Counted from the first letter of the stretch, positions 27,719-38,666 are shown. The stretch: DNA of 64,000 bases from an uncultured Luteimonas sp. (GCA_938008415.1 CALLKI010000063.1:5348-69347), one strand, 5' to 3'. Notes: a model not told the origin generated them from the letters alone. Made by a program: numbers and translations.

Positions 27719-29410
27719 ATGACCGAATCTTTCGCTGAACTGTTCGAAAAGAGCCAGACCGACCTCGCCAAGCTCAAGCCCGGCGCCATCGTCACTGGCA
27801 CCGTGGTCGAGGTGCGCCCCGACGTTGTCGTGATCAACGCGGGCCTGAAGTCCGAGGGCATCGTTCCGATCGAGCAGTTCAAGAACGAGGCCGGCGAGAT
27901 CGAGGTCGCCGTGGGCGACACCGTCAAGGTCGCGCTGGACTCCATCGAGAACGGTTTCGGCGAGACCGTGCTGTCGCGCGAGAAGGCCAAGCGCGCGATG
28001 GTGTGGGACGAGCTGGAACAGGCCCTGGAGAAGGGCGAGACCGTGGTCGGCCGCATCAGCGGCAAGGTCAAGGGCGGCTTCACCGTCGACATCAAGGACG
28101 TCCGCGCGTTCCTGCCGGGCTCGCTGGTCGACGTGCGCCCGGTGCGTGACCCGGCCTACCTCGAGGGCAAGGAGCTCGAGTTCAAGCTGATCAAGCTCGA
28201 CCGCAAGCGCAACAACGTGGTCGTCTCGCGCCGTGCCGTCGTCGAGAGCGAGCACTCCGAGGAGCGCGAGGCGCTGATGCAGAAGCTGGTCGAGGGCGCC
28301 GTGCTCAAGGGCGTGGTCAAGAACCTCACCGACTACGGCGCGTTCGTTGACCTGGGCGGCATCGACGGCCTGCTGCACATCACCGACATGGCGTGGAAGC
28401 GCGTGCGCCATCCGTCCGAGGTGGTCGAGGTCGGCCAGGAGCTCGAAGTGCGCGTGCTCAAGTACGACCGCGAGCGCAACCGCGTCAGCCTCGGCCTGAA
28501 GCAGCTGGGCGAGGACCCGTGGGAGAACATCGGCCGCCGCTACCCGGCCGGCACCCGTGTGTTCGGCAAGGTTTCCAACGTCACCGACTACGGCGCGTTC
28601 GTCGAGATCGAGCCGGGCGTCGAGGGCCTGGTCCACGTGTCCGAGATGGACTGGACCAACAAGAACGTCAACCCGTCGAAGATCGTGCAGATCGGCGACG
28701 AGGTCGAGGTCATGATCCTCGACGTGGACGAGGAGCGCCGCCGCATCTCGCTGGGCATGAAGCAGGTCACCCAGAACCCGTGGGAGGTCTTCGCGGCCAA
28801 CCACAAGAAGGGCGACCGTGTGGTCGGCCAGATCAAGTCGATCACCGACTTCGGCGTGTTCATCGGCCTGGAAGGCGGCATCGACGGCCTGGTCCACCTG
28901 TCCGACCTGAGCTGGCATTCCAGCGGCGAGGACGTGGTGCGCAACCTCAAGAAGGGCGACACCCTGGAGGCCGTGGTGCTGGCGGTCGACCCCGAGCGCG
29001 AGCGCATCTCGCTGGGCGTCAAGCAGCTCGAGCAGGATCCGTACGCCCAGTTCCTGGCCAACCACCCGCGCGGTTCCAAGGTTTCCGGCACCGTCAAGGA
29101 GGTTGACGCCAAGGGCGCGGTGATCGAGCTGGCCGAGGGCGTGGAAGGCTACGTGGCCGCCCGCGACATCAGCGACGAGCGCGTCGACGACGCCACCCAG
29201 CACCTGAAGGTTGGCGACAGGATCGAGGCCAAGTACCTGGGCCAGGACCGCAAGAGCCGCATGCTGCAACTGTCGATCCGCGCCAAGGACGAGGCCGAGC
29301 TGGCCGAGACCCTGGCCGAGTACAACAAGGCCGCGGCCGAGGCCTCCAGCGGTACCACCAAGCTCGGTGCGTTGCTGCGCGAGCAGCTCGAAGGCAAGTC
29401 CGCCGAGTAA
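27719..29410 (+). CDS. rpsA: 30S ribosomal protein S1
   Basis: [32 protein letters not shown], with six S1 repeats (for example [15 protein letters not shown] and [11 protein letters not shown]). Confidence 0.97.
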   Translation: MTESFAELFEKSQTDLAKLKPGAIVTGTVVEVRPDVVVINAGLKSEGIVPIEQFKNEAGEIEVAVGDTVKVALDSIENGFGETVLSREKAKRAMVWDELEQALEKGETVVGRISGKVKGGFTVDIKDVRAFLPGSLVDVRPVRDPAYLEGKELEFKLIKLDRKRNNVVVSRRAVVESEHSEEREALMQKLVEGAVLKGVVKNLTDYGAFVDLGGIDGLLHITDMAWKRVRHPSEVVEVGQELEVRVLKYDRERNRVSLGLKQLGEDPWENIGRRYPAGTRVFGKVSNVTDYGAFVEIEPGVEGLVHVSEMDWTNKNVNPSKIVQIGDEVEVMILDVDEERRRISLGMKQVTQNPWEVFAANHKKGDRVVGQIKSITDFGVFIGLEGGIDGLVHLSDLSWHSSGEDVVRNLKKGDTLEAVVLAVDPERERISLGVKQLEQDPYAQFLANHPRGSKVSGTVKEVDAKGAVIELAEGVEGYVAARDISDERVDDATQHLKVGDRIEAKYLGQDRKSRMLQLSIRAKDEAELAETLAEYNKAAAEASSGTTKLGALLREQLEGKSAE

Positions 29411-29488
29411 GGGATAGGGAAACGGGCGCCAGGCGATGGTCCGGCACGGGCCGGCCATCGCCCGGGCGCATCCTTGGACCGGGGAACC

Positions 29489-29791
29489 ATGACCAAGTCG
29501 GAACTGATCGAGATCCTCACCCAGCGGCAGTCCCACCTGAAGGCGGATGACGTCGATCTGGCGGTGAAGACCCTGCTGGAGATGATGGCGAACTCGCTGG
29601 CCCACGGCGAGCGCATCGAGATCCGCGGTTTCGGCAGTTTTTCCCTGCATTACCGGCCGCCCCGTACCGGCCGCAACCCCAAGACCGGGGATGCCGTCTC
29701 GCTTCCCGGCAAGTACGTGCCCCACTTCAAGCCGGGCAAGGAACTGCGCGAGCAGGTGGCCAACGTCATGCCGCTGCCGCCCGAGGACTGA
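29489..29791 (+). CDS. ihfB: Integration host factor subunit beta
   Basis: [17 protein letters not shown]...[26 protein letters not shown]. It lies downstream of rpsA. Confidence 0.95.
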   Translation: MTKSELIEILTQRQSHLKADDVDLAVKTLLEMMANSLAHGERIEIRGFGSFSLHYRPPRTGRNPKTGDAVSLPGKYVPHFKPGKELREQVANVMPLPPED

Positions 29792-29921
29792 TCCACCGGC
29801 CGCACCGTGTCGGCTAAGCTAGCCGGCATGCCCTTCCGCAACCCGCCCGACCTTCCATCCGCCGGCCACCGTGCGCGGCGGCATCGGGCGTGGCCACGTT
29901 GACGCAGACGGAGGCAGTCCG

Positions 29922-31100
29922 ATGGCGTTCGTCACCGAATGGTTCTGGTTCTTCCTGCTGCTGCCGATCGCGGCCCTGAGCGGCTGGGTGATCGGCCGCA
30001 GGGGCGGGGAGCGGCACAGCGACACCCAGGTCAGCAGGCTGTCGATGACCTATTTCCGCGGCCTGAACTACCTGTTGAACGAGCAGCCCGACAAGGCGAT
30101 CGAGCTGTTCCTGCACATCGCGGAACTGGACAAGGACACCTTCGAGACCCAGCTCGCGCTCGGCCACCTGTTCCGGCGCCGGGGCGAGGTGGATCGCGCC
30201 ATCCGCCTGCACCAGGGGCTGGCCCAGCGGCCCGACCTGACCGACCAGCAGAAGGTGCAGGCGCTGCTGGCGCTGGGCGAGGATTACATGAAGTCCGGCC
30301 TGCTCGACCGTGCCGAGTCGGTGTTCACCGACCTGGCCAGGATCGACCAGCGCGCGCCGCAGGCGCTGCGGCACCTGATCGGCATCTACCAGGCCGAGCG
30401 TGACTGGGAGAAGGCCATCGACAACGCCCGCCGCTACGAGGAAGTGACCGGCGAGCCGATGGGCAGGCTGATCGCGCAGTTCGAGTGCGAGCTGGCCGAG
30501 CGCCTGCGCGCGGCCGGCGATGCCGGGGGCGCGCGGGCCGCGGTCGCGCGGGCCTACGCCGCCGATTCCAACTCGGTGCGTGCCGGCATCCTCGAGGGCA
30601 AGATCGAGCTCGACGCCGGCAACGACCAGGCCGCGATCCGCGCGCTCGAGCGCGCCGCGCGACACGACCCGGAGTTCCTGCCGCTGATCATGCCTTCGCT
30701 GCTGGGGGCCTACGAGCGGGTCGGCGACACCCCGGGCGCGCGCAAGTTCCTGTCCGAGATGACCGAGCACTACCGCGGCATCGCCCCGGTTCTCGCGCTG
30801 GCCAGGCTGGTCGAGGCCGAGGAAGGCGTGGCCGCGGCGCGCAAGTACCTCGCGCACGAGCTGAAGGACCGGCCGTCCGTGCGCGGCGAGGCGGCGCTGA
30901 TCGACCTCACCCTGGCCGAAGGCACCGGCTTCGAGGGCACCCTGCGTGACCTGCGCCTGATCACCGAGCAACTGCTGGTGCGCAACCCGAGCTACCGCTG
31001 CAACCGCTGCGGCTTCGGTGCGCGTACCCACCACTGGCAGTGCCCGAGCTGCAAGGAGTGGGGCACGATCAAGCCGTTGCTGAACTACGCCGTGGTCTGA
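29922..31100 (+). CDS. lapB: Lipopolysaccharide assembly protein B (LapB/YciM)
   Basis: GGAGG SD. It has an N-terminal TM (WFWFFLLLPIAALSGWVIG), TPR repeats, and a C-terminal rubredoxin-like YRCNRCGF...HWQCPSCKEW. Confidence 0.9.
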   Translation: MAFVTEWFWFFLLLPIAALSGWVIGRRGGERHSDTQVSRLSMTYFRGLNYLLNEQPDKAIELFLHIAELDKDTFETQLALGHLFRRRGEVDRAIRLHQGLAQRPDLTDQQKVQALLALGEDYMKSGLLDRAESVFTDLARIDQRAPQALRHLIGIYQAERDWEKAIDNARRYEEVTGEPMGRLIAQFECELAERLRAAGDAGGARAAVARAYAADSNSVRAGILEGKIELDAGNDQAAIRALERAARHDPEFLPLIMPSLLGAYERVGDTPGARKFLSEMTEHYRGIAPVLALARLVEAEEGVAAARKYLAHELKDRPSVRGEAALIDLTLAEGTGFEGTLRDLRLITEQLLVRNPSYRCNRCGFGARTHHWQCPSCKEWGTIKPLLNYAVV

Positions 31101-31103
31101 GCG

Positions 31104-32102
31104 ATGGGCGGCGGCGCGCACATGCCGACGCTCTGGCTGGCGCTGCATTTCGCCATCGGACTGGCGGGCACCTGGCTGGCCCTGCGCTACGCGCAGCGCC
31201 GCCGCCTGTTCGACCAGCCCGGTGAGCGCCGCAGCCATGCCGTGGCCACGCCGCGTGGCGGCGGCATCTCGCTCGCGGCCTCGCTGCTGGTGGCGATCAT
31301 CCTGCTGGCGCTGGCGGTGGATGCCCCCCGCAGCCAGGCGGCCGTCCTGCTTCCCGTCGGGGCGGGCCTGGCCGCGGTGGCCGGCATCGGCTGGGCCGAC
31401 GACCACCGCCCGCTGTCGCCCTGGTGGCGCCTCGTGGTCCACGTGGCCGCCGCCGGATGCCTCGCGTGGGCCGTGCGCGCGTCAGGCGGCGGGACATGGT
31501 TCATGCTGCTGGCGTTCGTGGCGGCCGTGGTGCTGGTCAACGTCTGGAACTTCATGGACGGCATCGATGGCATCGCATCCTCGCAGGCGGCGATCGTGGC
31601 CCTGGGATATGCCCTGTCCGCCAGGGAAGGCGTGCCGTTCTGGCTGGGGACCGCTCTGGCTGCCGCGGCCTGCGGTTTCCTGCCGTTCAACGTCCCGAGG
31701 GCGCGGATCTTCCTCGGCGACGTCGGCAGCGGGGCACTGGGATACGCAATCGCGACGCTGCTGGCGTTCGCTGCCATCGGCCACGGTCAGCGTGACCTTG
31801 GCTGGCTGGCCCTGCTGCTGCCGCTGTCACCATTCCTCGTTGACGCTTCGTTGACGCTCGCCGCCCGCATGCTTCGCGGGGAACGGTGGTGGGAGCCGCA
31901 TGTCCAGCACGCCTACCAGCGTTGGGCGAGGTCGGGCGGGAGCCACCTGCGGGTGACGGCCGCTTACGCGCTGGCGGCCCTTGCCTGCATGCTGTTGATG
32001 TTCCATGCCCGTTCATCTTCCGCTCCGGTTCAGCTTGGCATGATCGGCATGGTCTGGCTGGCAGGGGGGATGGTCTGGCGGCATTTCCGCCGCCACGGCT
32101 AG
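31104..32102 (+). CDS. Polyprenyl-phosphate N-acetylhexosamine-1-phosphate transferase (GT4 MraY/WecA family, WbpL-like)
   Basis: Multi-TM protein. The motifs NVWNFMDGIDGI and IFLGDVGSGALGY are typical of WecA/WbpL initiating transferases. An alternative ATG lies at 31122. Confidence 0.85.
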   Translation: MGGGAHMPTLWLALHFAIGLAGTWLALRYAQRRRLFDQPGERRSHAVATPRGGGISLAASLLVAIILLALAVDAPRSQAAVLLPVGAGLAAVAGIGWADDHRPLSPWWRLVVHVAAAGCLAWAVRASGGGTWFMLLAFVAAVVLVNVWNFMDGIDGIASSQAAIVALGYALSAREGVPFWLGTALAAAACGFLPFNVPRARIFLGDVGSGALGYAIATLLAFAAIGHGQRDLGWLALLLPLSPFLVDASLTLAARMLRGERWWEPHVQHAYQRWARSGGSHLRVTAAYALAALACMLLMFHARSSSAPVQLGMIGMVWLAGGMVWRHFRRHG

Positions 32103-32137
32103 CCGTTTGGTTCTTTCCAAGGGAAGTGACAGCAGGG

Positions 32138-34045
32138 ATGGCGGGCTTGAAGAACAGGATCCGGATCGCACTGCCGCGGGTCGCGGTGGTCGTCCATGAC
32201 CTCTGCATGGTCTGGCTGTGCTGGACCTGCCTGCACCAGTTCCGTTACGCCATGCTGCCGGCCGCGCCTGTGATGCAGGGCGGCAGCCTGCAGGTCGCGC
32301 TGGTCCTGGCCGCCCAGGGCCTGGTGTTCTGGAAGGTGGGCCTGTACCGCGGCATCTGGCGCTTCGCCAGCGTCCCGGACCTGCTCAACATTCTCAAGGC
32401 CTCGATCTTTGGCGTGCTGGCGATCATGCTGGCGCTGTTCGCGGTCGGGCGGATGCTCGACGGGGTTCCGCGCACGGTGCTGTTGCTGTACCCCCTGCTG
32501 CTGACGGCGATGCTCGGCATGCCACGGCTGCTGTACCGCGCCTGGAAGGACCACAGCCTGGCACGGACCGAGAAGGGGGCCGTGCGGGTGCTGATCCTTG
32601 GCGCCGGCCAGGCGGGCGAGGCACTGGTGCGTGACCTGCGCCGCACCGGCGCCTACGAGCCGATCGGCTTCCTCGACGACGCGGCCAAGCTGCGCGGCAG
32701 CTACCTGCAGGGCCTGCCGGTGCTGGGCCGGATCGAGGACGTCAGCCGCATCGCCCCGGAAACCGCCGCCCAGCTGCTGGTCATCGCCATGCCCTCGCTG
32801 GATGCGGCATCCATGCGCCGCATCGTCGCCGAGTGCGAGAAGACCGGACTGCCGTTCCGCACCGTGCCCCGGCTCGACGATCTGCTCGAAGGACGCTCGC
32901 TCCCGGGCGAGCTGAAGGAGGTCGCGATCGAGGACCTGCTCGGCCGCAAGCCGGTCACGCCGGACTGGAAGGCCATCCGTGCCTGGCTCGGTGGGCGCAG
33001 CGTGCTCGTCACCGGCGCGGGCGGCTCGATCGGTGCCGAACTGTGCCGGCAGTGCGCGCGCCACGGGGTCGGCCAGATCACCCTGGTCGAGATCGACGAA
33101 CTGGCCCTGACCCGGACCGAATCCGAACTCCGGCGTGACTTCCCGCAGCTGCAGGTCACGCCGGTGCTGGGCGACTGCGGCGACCCGGCGGTGATCAGGC
33201 ATGCCCTGTCGCTCGCGAACCCCGATGCCGTGTTCCATGCCGCCGCCTACAAGCAGGTGCCGGTGCTTGAGGGACAGATCCGCGAGGCGGTCCGCAACAA
33301 CGTGCTCGCCACGGAAACGGTCGCGCGCGAGGCGGTCGCGGCCAGGGCCGGCACCTTCGTGCTGATCTCCACCGACAAGGCGGTCGACCCTGTCAACGTG
33401 CTTGGCGCGACCAAGCGCCTGGCGGAGATGGTCTGCCAGGTGATCGGCAGCCAAGCGCCGACCCATTTCGTCACCGTGCGCTTCGGCAACGTGCTCGATT
33501 CGGCCGGCAGCGTCGTGCCGCTGTTCCGCGAGCAGATCCGAAACGGGGGGCCCGTCACCGTGACCCATCCCGAGGTGACGCGCTACTTCATGACCATCCC
33601 CGAGGCCTGCCAGCTGATCCTGCAGTCGGTGTCGATCGGCTCGCGCAACGCGATCTACACCTTGGACATGGGCGAGCCGGTCCCGATCCGGTTCCTGGCC
33701 GAGCAGATGATCAGGCTCGCCGGCAAGCAGCCCGAGCGCGACATCGCGATCGTGTACACCGGGCTGCGGCCGGGCGAGAAGCTGCACGAGACGCTGTTCC
33801 ATGCCGACGAGCGCTATCGCCCGACGGTGCATCCGAAGATCCTCCAGGCGGAGGCCCGCGAGGTGTCCTCCGAACGGGTGCAGCAGGGACTGGCCCGCCT
33901 GCGCGACGCGGTGGCGGCCTACGACCTGGAGGCCATCGGCCAGGCCCTGCGTGATGCGTTGCCCGAGTTCCGTCCCTCGGAGGTGGCGACCGAGGCAACC
34001 GGTACAGTAGTCGCTTTCCCCGCCAGGCAAGCCAGGAAGACATGA
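32138..34045 (+). CDS. Membrane-anchored nucleotide-sugar 4,6-dehydratase (WbpM/CapD/PglF family)
   Basis: The ATG at 32138 is in frame in ORF 31886..34045. It has N-terminal TM segments, Rossmann motifs ILGAGQAG and [14 protein letters not shown], plus AAAYKQVP and ISTDKAV. Confidence 0.9.
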   Translation: MAGLKNRIRIALPRVAVVVHDLCMVWLCWTCLHQFRYAMLPAAPVMQGGSLQVALVLAAQGLVFWKVGLYRGIWRFASVPDLLNILKASIFGVLAIMLALFAVGRMLDGVPRTVLLLYPLLLTAMLGMPRLLYRAWKDHSLARTEKGAVRVLILGAGQAGEALVRDLRRTGAYEPIGFLDDAAKLRGSYLQGLPVLGRIEDVSRIAPETAAQLLVIAMPSLDAASMRRIVAECEKTGLPFRTVPRLDDLLEGRSLPGELKEVAIEDLLGRKPVTPDWKAIRAWLGGRSVLVTGAGGSIGAELCRQCARHGVGQITLVEIDELALTRTESELRRDFPQLQVTPVLGDCGDPAVIRHALSLANPDAVFHAAAYKQVPVLEGQIREAVRNNVLATETVAREAVAARAGTFVLISTDKAVDPVNVLGATKRLAEMVCQVIGSQAPTHFVTVRFGNVLDSAGSVVPLFREQIRNGGPVTVTHPEVTRYFMTIPEACQLILQSVSIGSRNAIYTLDMGEPVPIRFLAEQMIRLAGKQPERDIAIVYTGLRPGEKLHETLFHADERYRPTVHPKILQAEAREVSSERVQQGLARLRDAVAAYDLEAIGQALRDALPEFRPSEVATEATGTVVAFPARQARKT

Positions 34046-34941
34046 GCAAGCGGATTCGCAAAGCGGTGTTCCCGGTCGCTGGGCTGGGAACCAGGTTCCT
34101 GCCGGCCACCAAGACCGTGCCGAAGGAAATGCTGCCGATCGTCGACCGGCCGCTGATCCAGTACGCGGTGGACGAGGCCATCGAGGCCGGTTGCGACACG
34201 CTGGTGTTCGTGACCAACCGCTACAAGCACGCGGTGGCCGACTACTTTGACAAGGCCTACGAACTGGAGCACAAGCTCGAAGCCGCCGGCAAGCGCGAGC
34301 AGCTGGAACTGGTGCGCCACGTGCTGCCCGAGGGGGTGCGCGCGGTGTTCGTGACCCAGCCGGAGGCGCTTGGCCTCGGCCATGCGGTCCTGTGCGCCAG
34401 GCCCATCGTCGGCGACGAGCCGTTCGCCGTGCTGCTGCCCGACGACCTGATCTGGAACCGCGGCCCCGGCGCATTGAAGCAGATGGCGGACGCGGCGGAG
34501 GCCGCCGGCGCCAGCATGATCGCGGTGCAGGACGTCCCGCGCGAGAAGACCGGCAGCTACGGCATCGTCGCCGCCGAGCCGTTCTCCGGCCGGCACGGGC
34601 GGATCACGGCGATCGTGGAGAAGCCCCGCCCGGAGCAGGCGCCCAGCACTCTGGCCGTGGTCGGCCGCTACATACTCGACGGCAGGATCTTCGAGCTGCT
34701 GGAGGCGACCCGGCCGGGTGCCGGCGGCGAGATCCAGCTGACCGACGCGATCGCGGCGCTGCTGGCCGAGAAGCCCGTGCATGCCTTCCGTTTCCAGGGC
34801 ACGCGCTTCGACTGCGGCACCCACCTGGGCCTGATCGAGGCGACGATCCGCTACGCGCTGGACCACGAGAAGCTCAGCGACGCCGCGCGCGACATGATGC
34901 AGAACGCGCTGAGCGAAATGGGCGTGGTGGACCTGGACTGA
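34042..34941 (+). CDS. galU: UTP--glucose-1-phosphate uridylyltransferase
   Basis: ATGA overlap with the dehydratase gene. Motifs [29 protein letters not shown] and VEKP. Confidence 0.95.
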   Translation: MSKRIRKAVFPVAGLGTRFLPATKTVPKEMLPIVDRPLIQYAVDEAIEAGCDTLVFVTNRYKHAVADYFDKAYELEHKLEAAGKREQLELVRHVLPEGVRAVFVTQPEALGLGHAVLCARPIVGDEPFAVLLPDDLIWNRGPGALKQMADAAEAAGASMIAVQDVPREKTGSYGIVAAEPFSGRHGRITAIVEKPRPEQAPSTLAVVGRYILDGRIFELLEATRPGAGGEIQLTDAIAALLAEKPVHAFRFQGTRFDCGTHLGLIEATIRYALDHEKLSDAARDMMQNALSEMGVVDLD

Positions 34942-34974
34942 GCCGCGCCACGCGTCGCGGCGCGAACGCATTGT

Positions 34975-35002
34975 GGAAAAGGCGCCTTGCGGCGCCTTTT
35001 CC
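34975..35002. terminator. Bidirectional intrinsic terminator between galU and fadA
   Basis: GGAAAAGGCGCC-TTGC-GGCGCCTTTTCC is a 12-bp perfect stem flanked by A/T runs on both sides. Confidence 0.75.
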
Positions 35003-35029
35003 ATTTCCATGTCTGCCGGTCGTGCGCCG

Positions 35030-36238
35030 TCAGAGCGCCTCGAAGATGCCGGCGGCACCCATGCCGGTGCCGATGCACATGGTCACCATGCCGTACTTCT
35101 TGCCGTGGCGGCGCATGCCGTGCACGATCGTCGCGGTGCGTATCGCGCCGGTGGCGCCCAGCGGGTGGCCCAGGGCGATGGCGCCGCCGAGCGGGTTGAC
35201 CTTGTCCGGGTCCAGCCCGCAGTCGCGGATCACTGCAAGCGCCTGGGCGGCGAAGGCCTCGTTGAGCTCGATCCAGTCCAGCTGGTCCTTCGTCAGCCCG
35301 GCCTGCCTGAGCGCCTTGGGGATGGCCGCGACCGGGCCGATGCCCATCACTTCCGGCCGCACGCCGGCGACCGCGAAGCTGACGAAGCGGGCGAGGGGCT
35401 TCAGGCCATACTCCCTGATCGCCTTTTCCGAGGCCAGCAGCACCGCGCCGGCGCCATCGCTCATCTGCGAGGCGTTGCCGGCGGTCACCGTGCCGCCGAA
35501 CTGGCCGTTGCGGAACACCGGGCGCAGCTTCGCGAGGCTTTCGAGCGAGGTGTCCGCGCGCGGGCCCTCGTCGGCCTCGACCAGCCTCTTCCGGACCTGG
35601 ATGGTGTTGCCGGCCAGGTCGGGCACGCGCGAGACCACCTCGTAAGGCGTGATCTCGTCGCGGAACTCGCCGGCGGCCTGCGCGGCCAAGGCCTTGCGGT
35701 GCGAGGCGAGGGCGAAGGCGTCCTGGTCCTCGCGGCTGACCTTCCACTCCTCGGCGACCTTCTCGGCGGTGATGCCCATGCCGTAGGCGATGGCGACGTT
35801 CTCGTCGCGGGCGAACACCTGGGGCGAGAGCGCGACCTTGTTGCCCATCATCGGCACCATGGACATCGACTCGGTGCCGCCCGCGAGCACCAGGTCGGCG
35901 TTGCCGAGCCGGATCTGGTCGGCGGCCAGGGCCACGGCCTGGAGGCCGGACGAGCAGAAGCGGTTGATGGTCTGCGCGGCGACGGTGTTGGGCAGGCCGG
36001 CCAGCAGCACGCCGATGCGCGCCACGTTCATGCCCTGTTCGCCCTCGGGCATGGCGCAGCCGATGATCGCATCCTCGATGCGGTTGACGTCGATCCCCGG
36101 CGCCTGCGCGACCACGGCCTTGAGCACGTGGGCGAGCATCTCGTCGGGACGGGTGTTGCGGAACACGCCGCGCGGGGCCTTGCCGACCGGGGTGCGGGTG
36201 GCGGCGACGATGTAGGCCTCTTGTACTTGCTTGCTCAT
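35030..36238 (-). CDS. fadA: Acetyl-CoA C-acyltransferase (3-ketoacyl-CoA thiolase)
   Basis: The active-site Cys lies in NRFCSSGLQA. C-terminal motifs NEAFAAQ and GGAIALGHPLGATG are present. Confidence 0.93.
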   Translation of the reverse strand: MSKQVQEAYIVAATRTPVGKAPRGVFRNTRPDEMLAHVLKAVVAQAPGIDVNRIEDAIIGCAMPEGEQGMNVARIGVLLAGLPNTVAAQTINRFCSSGLQAVALAADQIRLGNADLVLAGGTESMSMVPMMGNKVALSPQVFARDENVAIAYGMGITAEKVAEEWKVSREDQDAFALASHRKALAAQAAGEFRDEITPYEVVSRVPDLAGNTIQVRKRLVEADEGPRADTSLESLAKLRPVFRNGQFGGTVTAGNASQMSDGAGAVLLASEKAIREYGLKPLARFVSFAVAGVRPEVMGIGPVAAIPKALRQAGLTKDQLDWIELNEAFAAQALAVIRDCGLDPDKVNPLGGAIALGHPLGATGAIRTATIVHGMRRHGKKYGMVTMCIGTGMGAAGIFEAL

Positions 36239-36262
36239 GGTCTGTTGTCCTGTGTCCGTCGG

Positions 36263-38635
36263 TCAGTTGCGCAGCGGCTTGCCCGTCTTGAGCATGTGGG
36301 CGATGCGCGCCTGGGTCTTTTCCTGCTGCGCCAGTTCGACGAAATGCCTGCGCTCGAGCCGCAGCAGCCAGTCCTCGTCGACGATGCTGCCGCGGTCGAC
36401 CTCGCCGCCGCACAGCACGGTGGCGATGCGTGTGGCGATCTCGTAGTCGTACTCGCTGATGAAGCGGCCCTCGAGCATGTTCACCAGCAGCATCCTGAAG
36501 GTGGCGATGCCGACGTCGCCGGCGACGCGGATGCGGCGCGCGGGCAGTGGCGGGCGGTAGCCGGTTTCGGCCAGCGCGCGCGCTTCCTGGCGTGCGACGT
36601 GCAACAGCTCATACGCGTTGAACGCCACCTTGTCGCCCTGGCGCAGCAGGCCCAGTTCCTTCGCCTCGAGCGCGGAGGTCGAGACCCTGGCCATGGCCAC
36701 CGTCTCGTACACCTTCTTCAGCTCGGCGAATACGTCACCGTTCGGGCCGGCGGCCTCGGAGGCGCGGACCGCCAGCTCCTTCAGGCCGCCACCGGCCGGG
36801 ATCAGGCCCACGCCTGCCTCGACCAGGCCGATGTAGCTCTCCAGGTGCGCCACCGCACGTGCGCTGTGCATCTGGAACTCGCAGCCGCCGCCCAGGGCCA
36901 TGCCGCGCACCGCCGCGACCACGGGCACCAGCGCGTACTTGATGCGCTGGCTGGTGGCCTGGAAGTTGGCCACCATCGCTTCGAAGGCGTCGACCTTGCC
37001 GGCCTGGAGCAGGCCCAGCGCGCCGGCGAGGTCGGCACCGGCGGAGAAGGGCTCCTTCGGCTGCCAGATCACCAGGCCGGCGAACTTCCGCTCGGCGATG
37101 TCGACGGCCTGCTGCAGGCCGTCGAGCACCGCATCGCTGACGGTGTGCATCTTGGTCTTGAACGAAACCACGGCGATGTCGTCGCCGTCGGTCCACACGC
37201 GGATGCCATCGTTCTCGAAGACGGTCTCGCCCGGCGCGAACGACTCGCCCAGCAGCGGGTCGGGGAAACGCTGGCGACGGTACACGCCGAGGGACGAGCG
37301 GGGCAGGTTGGCGTTCTTCGCCGGGCTGTAGCTGCCCCCGGCCGAATGCACCCCGTCGCGGCCGTCCAGCACCCACGCCGGCAGCGGGACACTGGCCATG
37401 GCCCTGCCCGCGGCGATGTCCTCGGCGATCCACTGCGCCACCTGCTTCCAGCCGGCGGCCTGCCAGGTCTCGAACGGGCCCAGCGACCAGCCGTAGCCCC
37501 AGCGGATCGCCAGGTCCACGTCGCGCGCGGTGTCGGCGATGCCGGCCAGGTGGTACGCGCTGTAGTGGAACAGGTCACGGAACACCGCCCACAGGAACTG
37601 CGCCTGCGGATGGGGGCTCTCGCGCAGCCTGCGGAACTTCTCGGCCGGGTCCTTCGTCTTCAGGATCTCGACCACCTCGTCGGCGGCCCTGCGGTCGGCC
37701 GGGCGGTAGTCCTGCTTTTCCAGGTCCAGGACCAGGATGTCCTTGCCGACCTTGCGGTAGATGCCGGCGCCGCTCTTCTGGCCCAGCGCGCCCTTGGCGA
37801 TCAGGGCTTCCAGCCACTGCGGCGACTTGAAATAGGCGTGCCACGGGTCGTCCGGCAGGGTCTCGGCCATGGTCCGGATGACGTGGGCCATGGTGTCCAG
37901 ACCGACCACGTCCGAGGTGCGGTACGTGGCCGACTTCGGGCGGCCGATCAGCGGGCCGGTCAGGGCGTCCACCTCGTCGAAGCCAAGGCCGGACTGCGCG
38001 GTGTGGTGGGCCGTGGCGAGGATCGAGAACACGCCGATCCGGTTGCCGATGAAGTTCGGGGTGTCCTTGGCGTAGACCACGCCCTTGCCGAGGGTTGTGG
38101 TCAGGAAGGTTTCCAGGCCCTCGAGCACCTCGCGGTCGGTGGTGTCGGCCGGGATCAGCTCGGCCAGGTGCATGTAGCGCGGCGGGTTGAAGAAGTGCAC
38201 GCCGCAGAAGCGGTGGCGCAGCTGTTCGGGCAGCGCCTCGGCCAGCCTGTTGATGCCAAGGCCGGAGGTGTTGGAGGCCAGGATGGCGTGGTCCGCCACG
38301 TACGGGGCGATCTTCCGGTACAGGTCCTGCTTCCAGTCCATCCGCTCGGCGATCGCCTCGATCACCAGGTCGCAGCCGCGGAGCAGCTCCAGGCCGGTGT
38401 CGTAGTTGGCCGGGGTGATCGCCTCGGCCAGGGCCCTGCTGGCCAGGGGGGCCGGGCTCAGCCTGCCGAGGTTGGCGATGGCCTTGAGCACGATGCCGTT
38501 GGGGTCGCCTTCCTTCGCCGGCAGGTCGAACAGCACCGTGTCCACGCCGGCATTGGTCAGGTGGGCGGCGATCTGCGCCCCCATGACCCCGGCCCCGAGC
38601 ACCGCGGCGCGGCGTACAAGCAGTTTCTCAGACAT
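36263..38635 (-). CDS. Multifunctional 3-hydroxyacyl-CoA dehydrogenase / enoyl-CoA hydratase (dehydrogenase domain N-terminal)
   Basis: ATG at 38635 with a GGAG SD; the listed ORF begins at a TTG at 38644. NAD fold VLGAGVMGAQIAAH. The C-terminal half is crotonase-like (AAVRGMALGGGCEF). Confidence 0.9.
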   Translation of the reverse strand: MSEKLLVRRAAVLGAGVMGAQIAAHLTNAGVDTVLFDLPAKEGDPNGIVLKAIANLGRLSPAPLASRALAEAITPANYDTGLELLRGCDLVIEAIAERMDWKQDLYRKIAPYVADHAILASNTSGLGINRLAEALPEQLRHRFCGVHFFNPPRYMHLAELIPADTTDREVLEGLETFLTTTLGKGVVYAKDTPNFIGNRIGVFSILATAHHTAQSGLGFDEVDALTGPLIGRPKSATYRTSDVVGLDTMAHVIRTMAETLPDDPWHAYFKSPQWLEALIAKGALGQKSGAGIYRKVGKDILVLDLEKQDYRPADRRAADEVVEILKTKDPAEKFRRLRESPHPQAQFLWAVFRDLFHYSAYHLAGIADTARDVDLAIRWGYGWSLGPFETWQAAGWKQVAQWIAEDIAAGRAMASVPLPAWVLDGRDGVHSAGGSYSPAKNANLPRSSLGVYRRQRFPDPLLGESFAPGETVFENDGIRVWTDGDDIAVVSFKTKMHTVSDAVLDGLQQAVDIAERKFAGLVIWQPKEPFSAGADLAGALGLLQAGKVDAFEAMVANFQATSQRIKYALVPVVAAVRGMALGGGCEFQMHSARAVAHLESYIGLVEAGVGLIPAGGGLKELAVRASEAAGPNGDVFAELKKVYETVAMARVSTSALEAKELGLLRQGDKVAFNAYELLHVARQEARALAETGYRPPLPARRIRVAGDVGIATFRMLLVNMLEGRFISEYDYEIATRIATVLCGGEVDRGSIVDEDWLLRLERRHFVELAQQEKTQARIAHMLKTGKPLRN

Positions 38636-38666
38636 GTTCTCCAACCTGTTGGTTTGAAGTGGGTTT

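Noticed and set aside
29792-29921. Expected small lapA (yciS-like) gene upstream of lapB
   Set aside because: The gap is only 130 nt and contains no ORF with a TM segment, so lapA is simply absent from this position.
23976-34474. Other long antisense ORFs (23976..26129+, 27701..29725-, 29814..31442-, 32099..34474-)
   Set aside because: Each is opposite a gene with strong family motifs (aguAB, rpsA, lapB, wbpM-like). They show no motifs or sensible start contexts of their own.
38641-38652. CCAAC-CT-GTTGG palindrome as a second PsrA operator
   Set aside because: The half-site differs from the AAAC/GTTT core and the spacer is only 2 nt. It overlaps the SD of the fadB-like gene and the end of the tetR gap. 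It is kept only as a note inside the PsrA finding.
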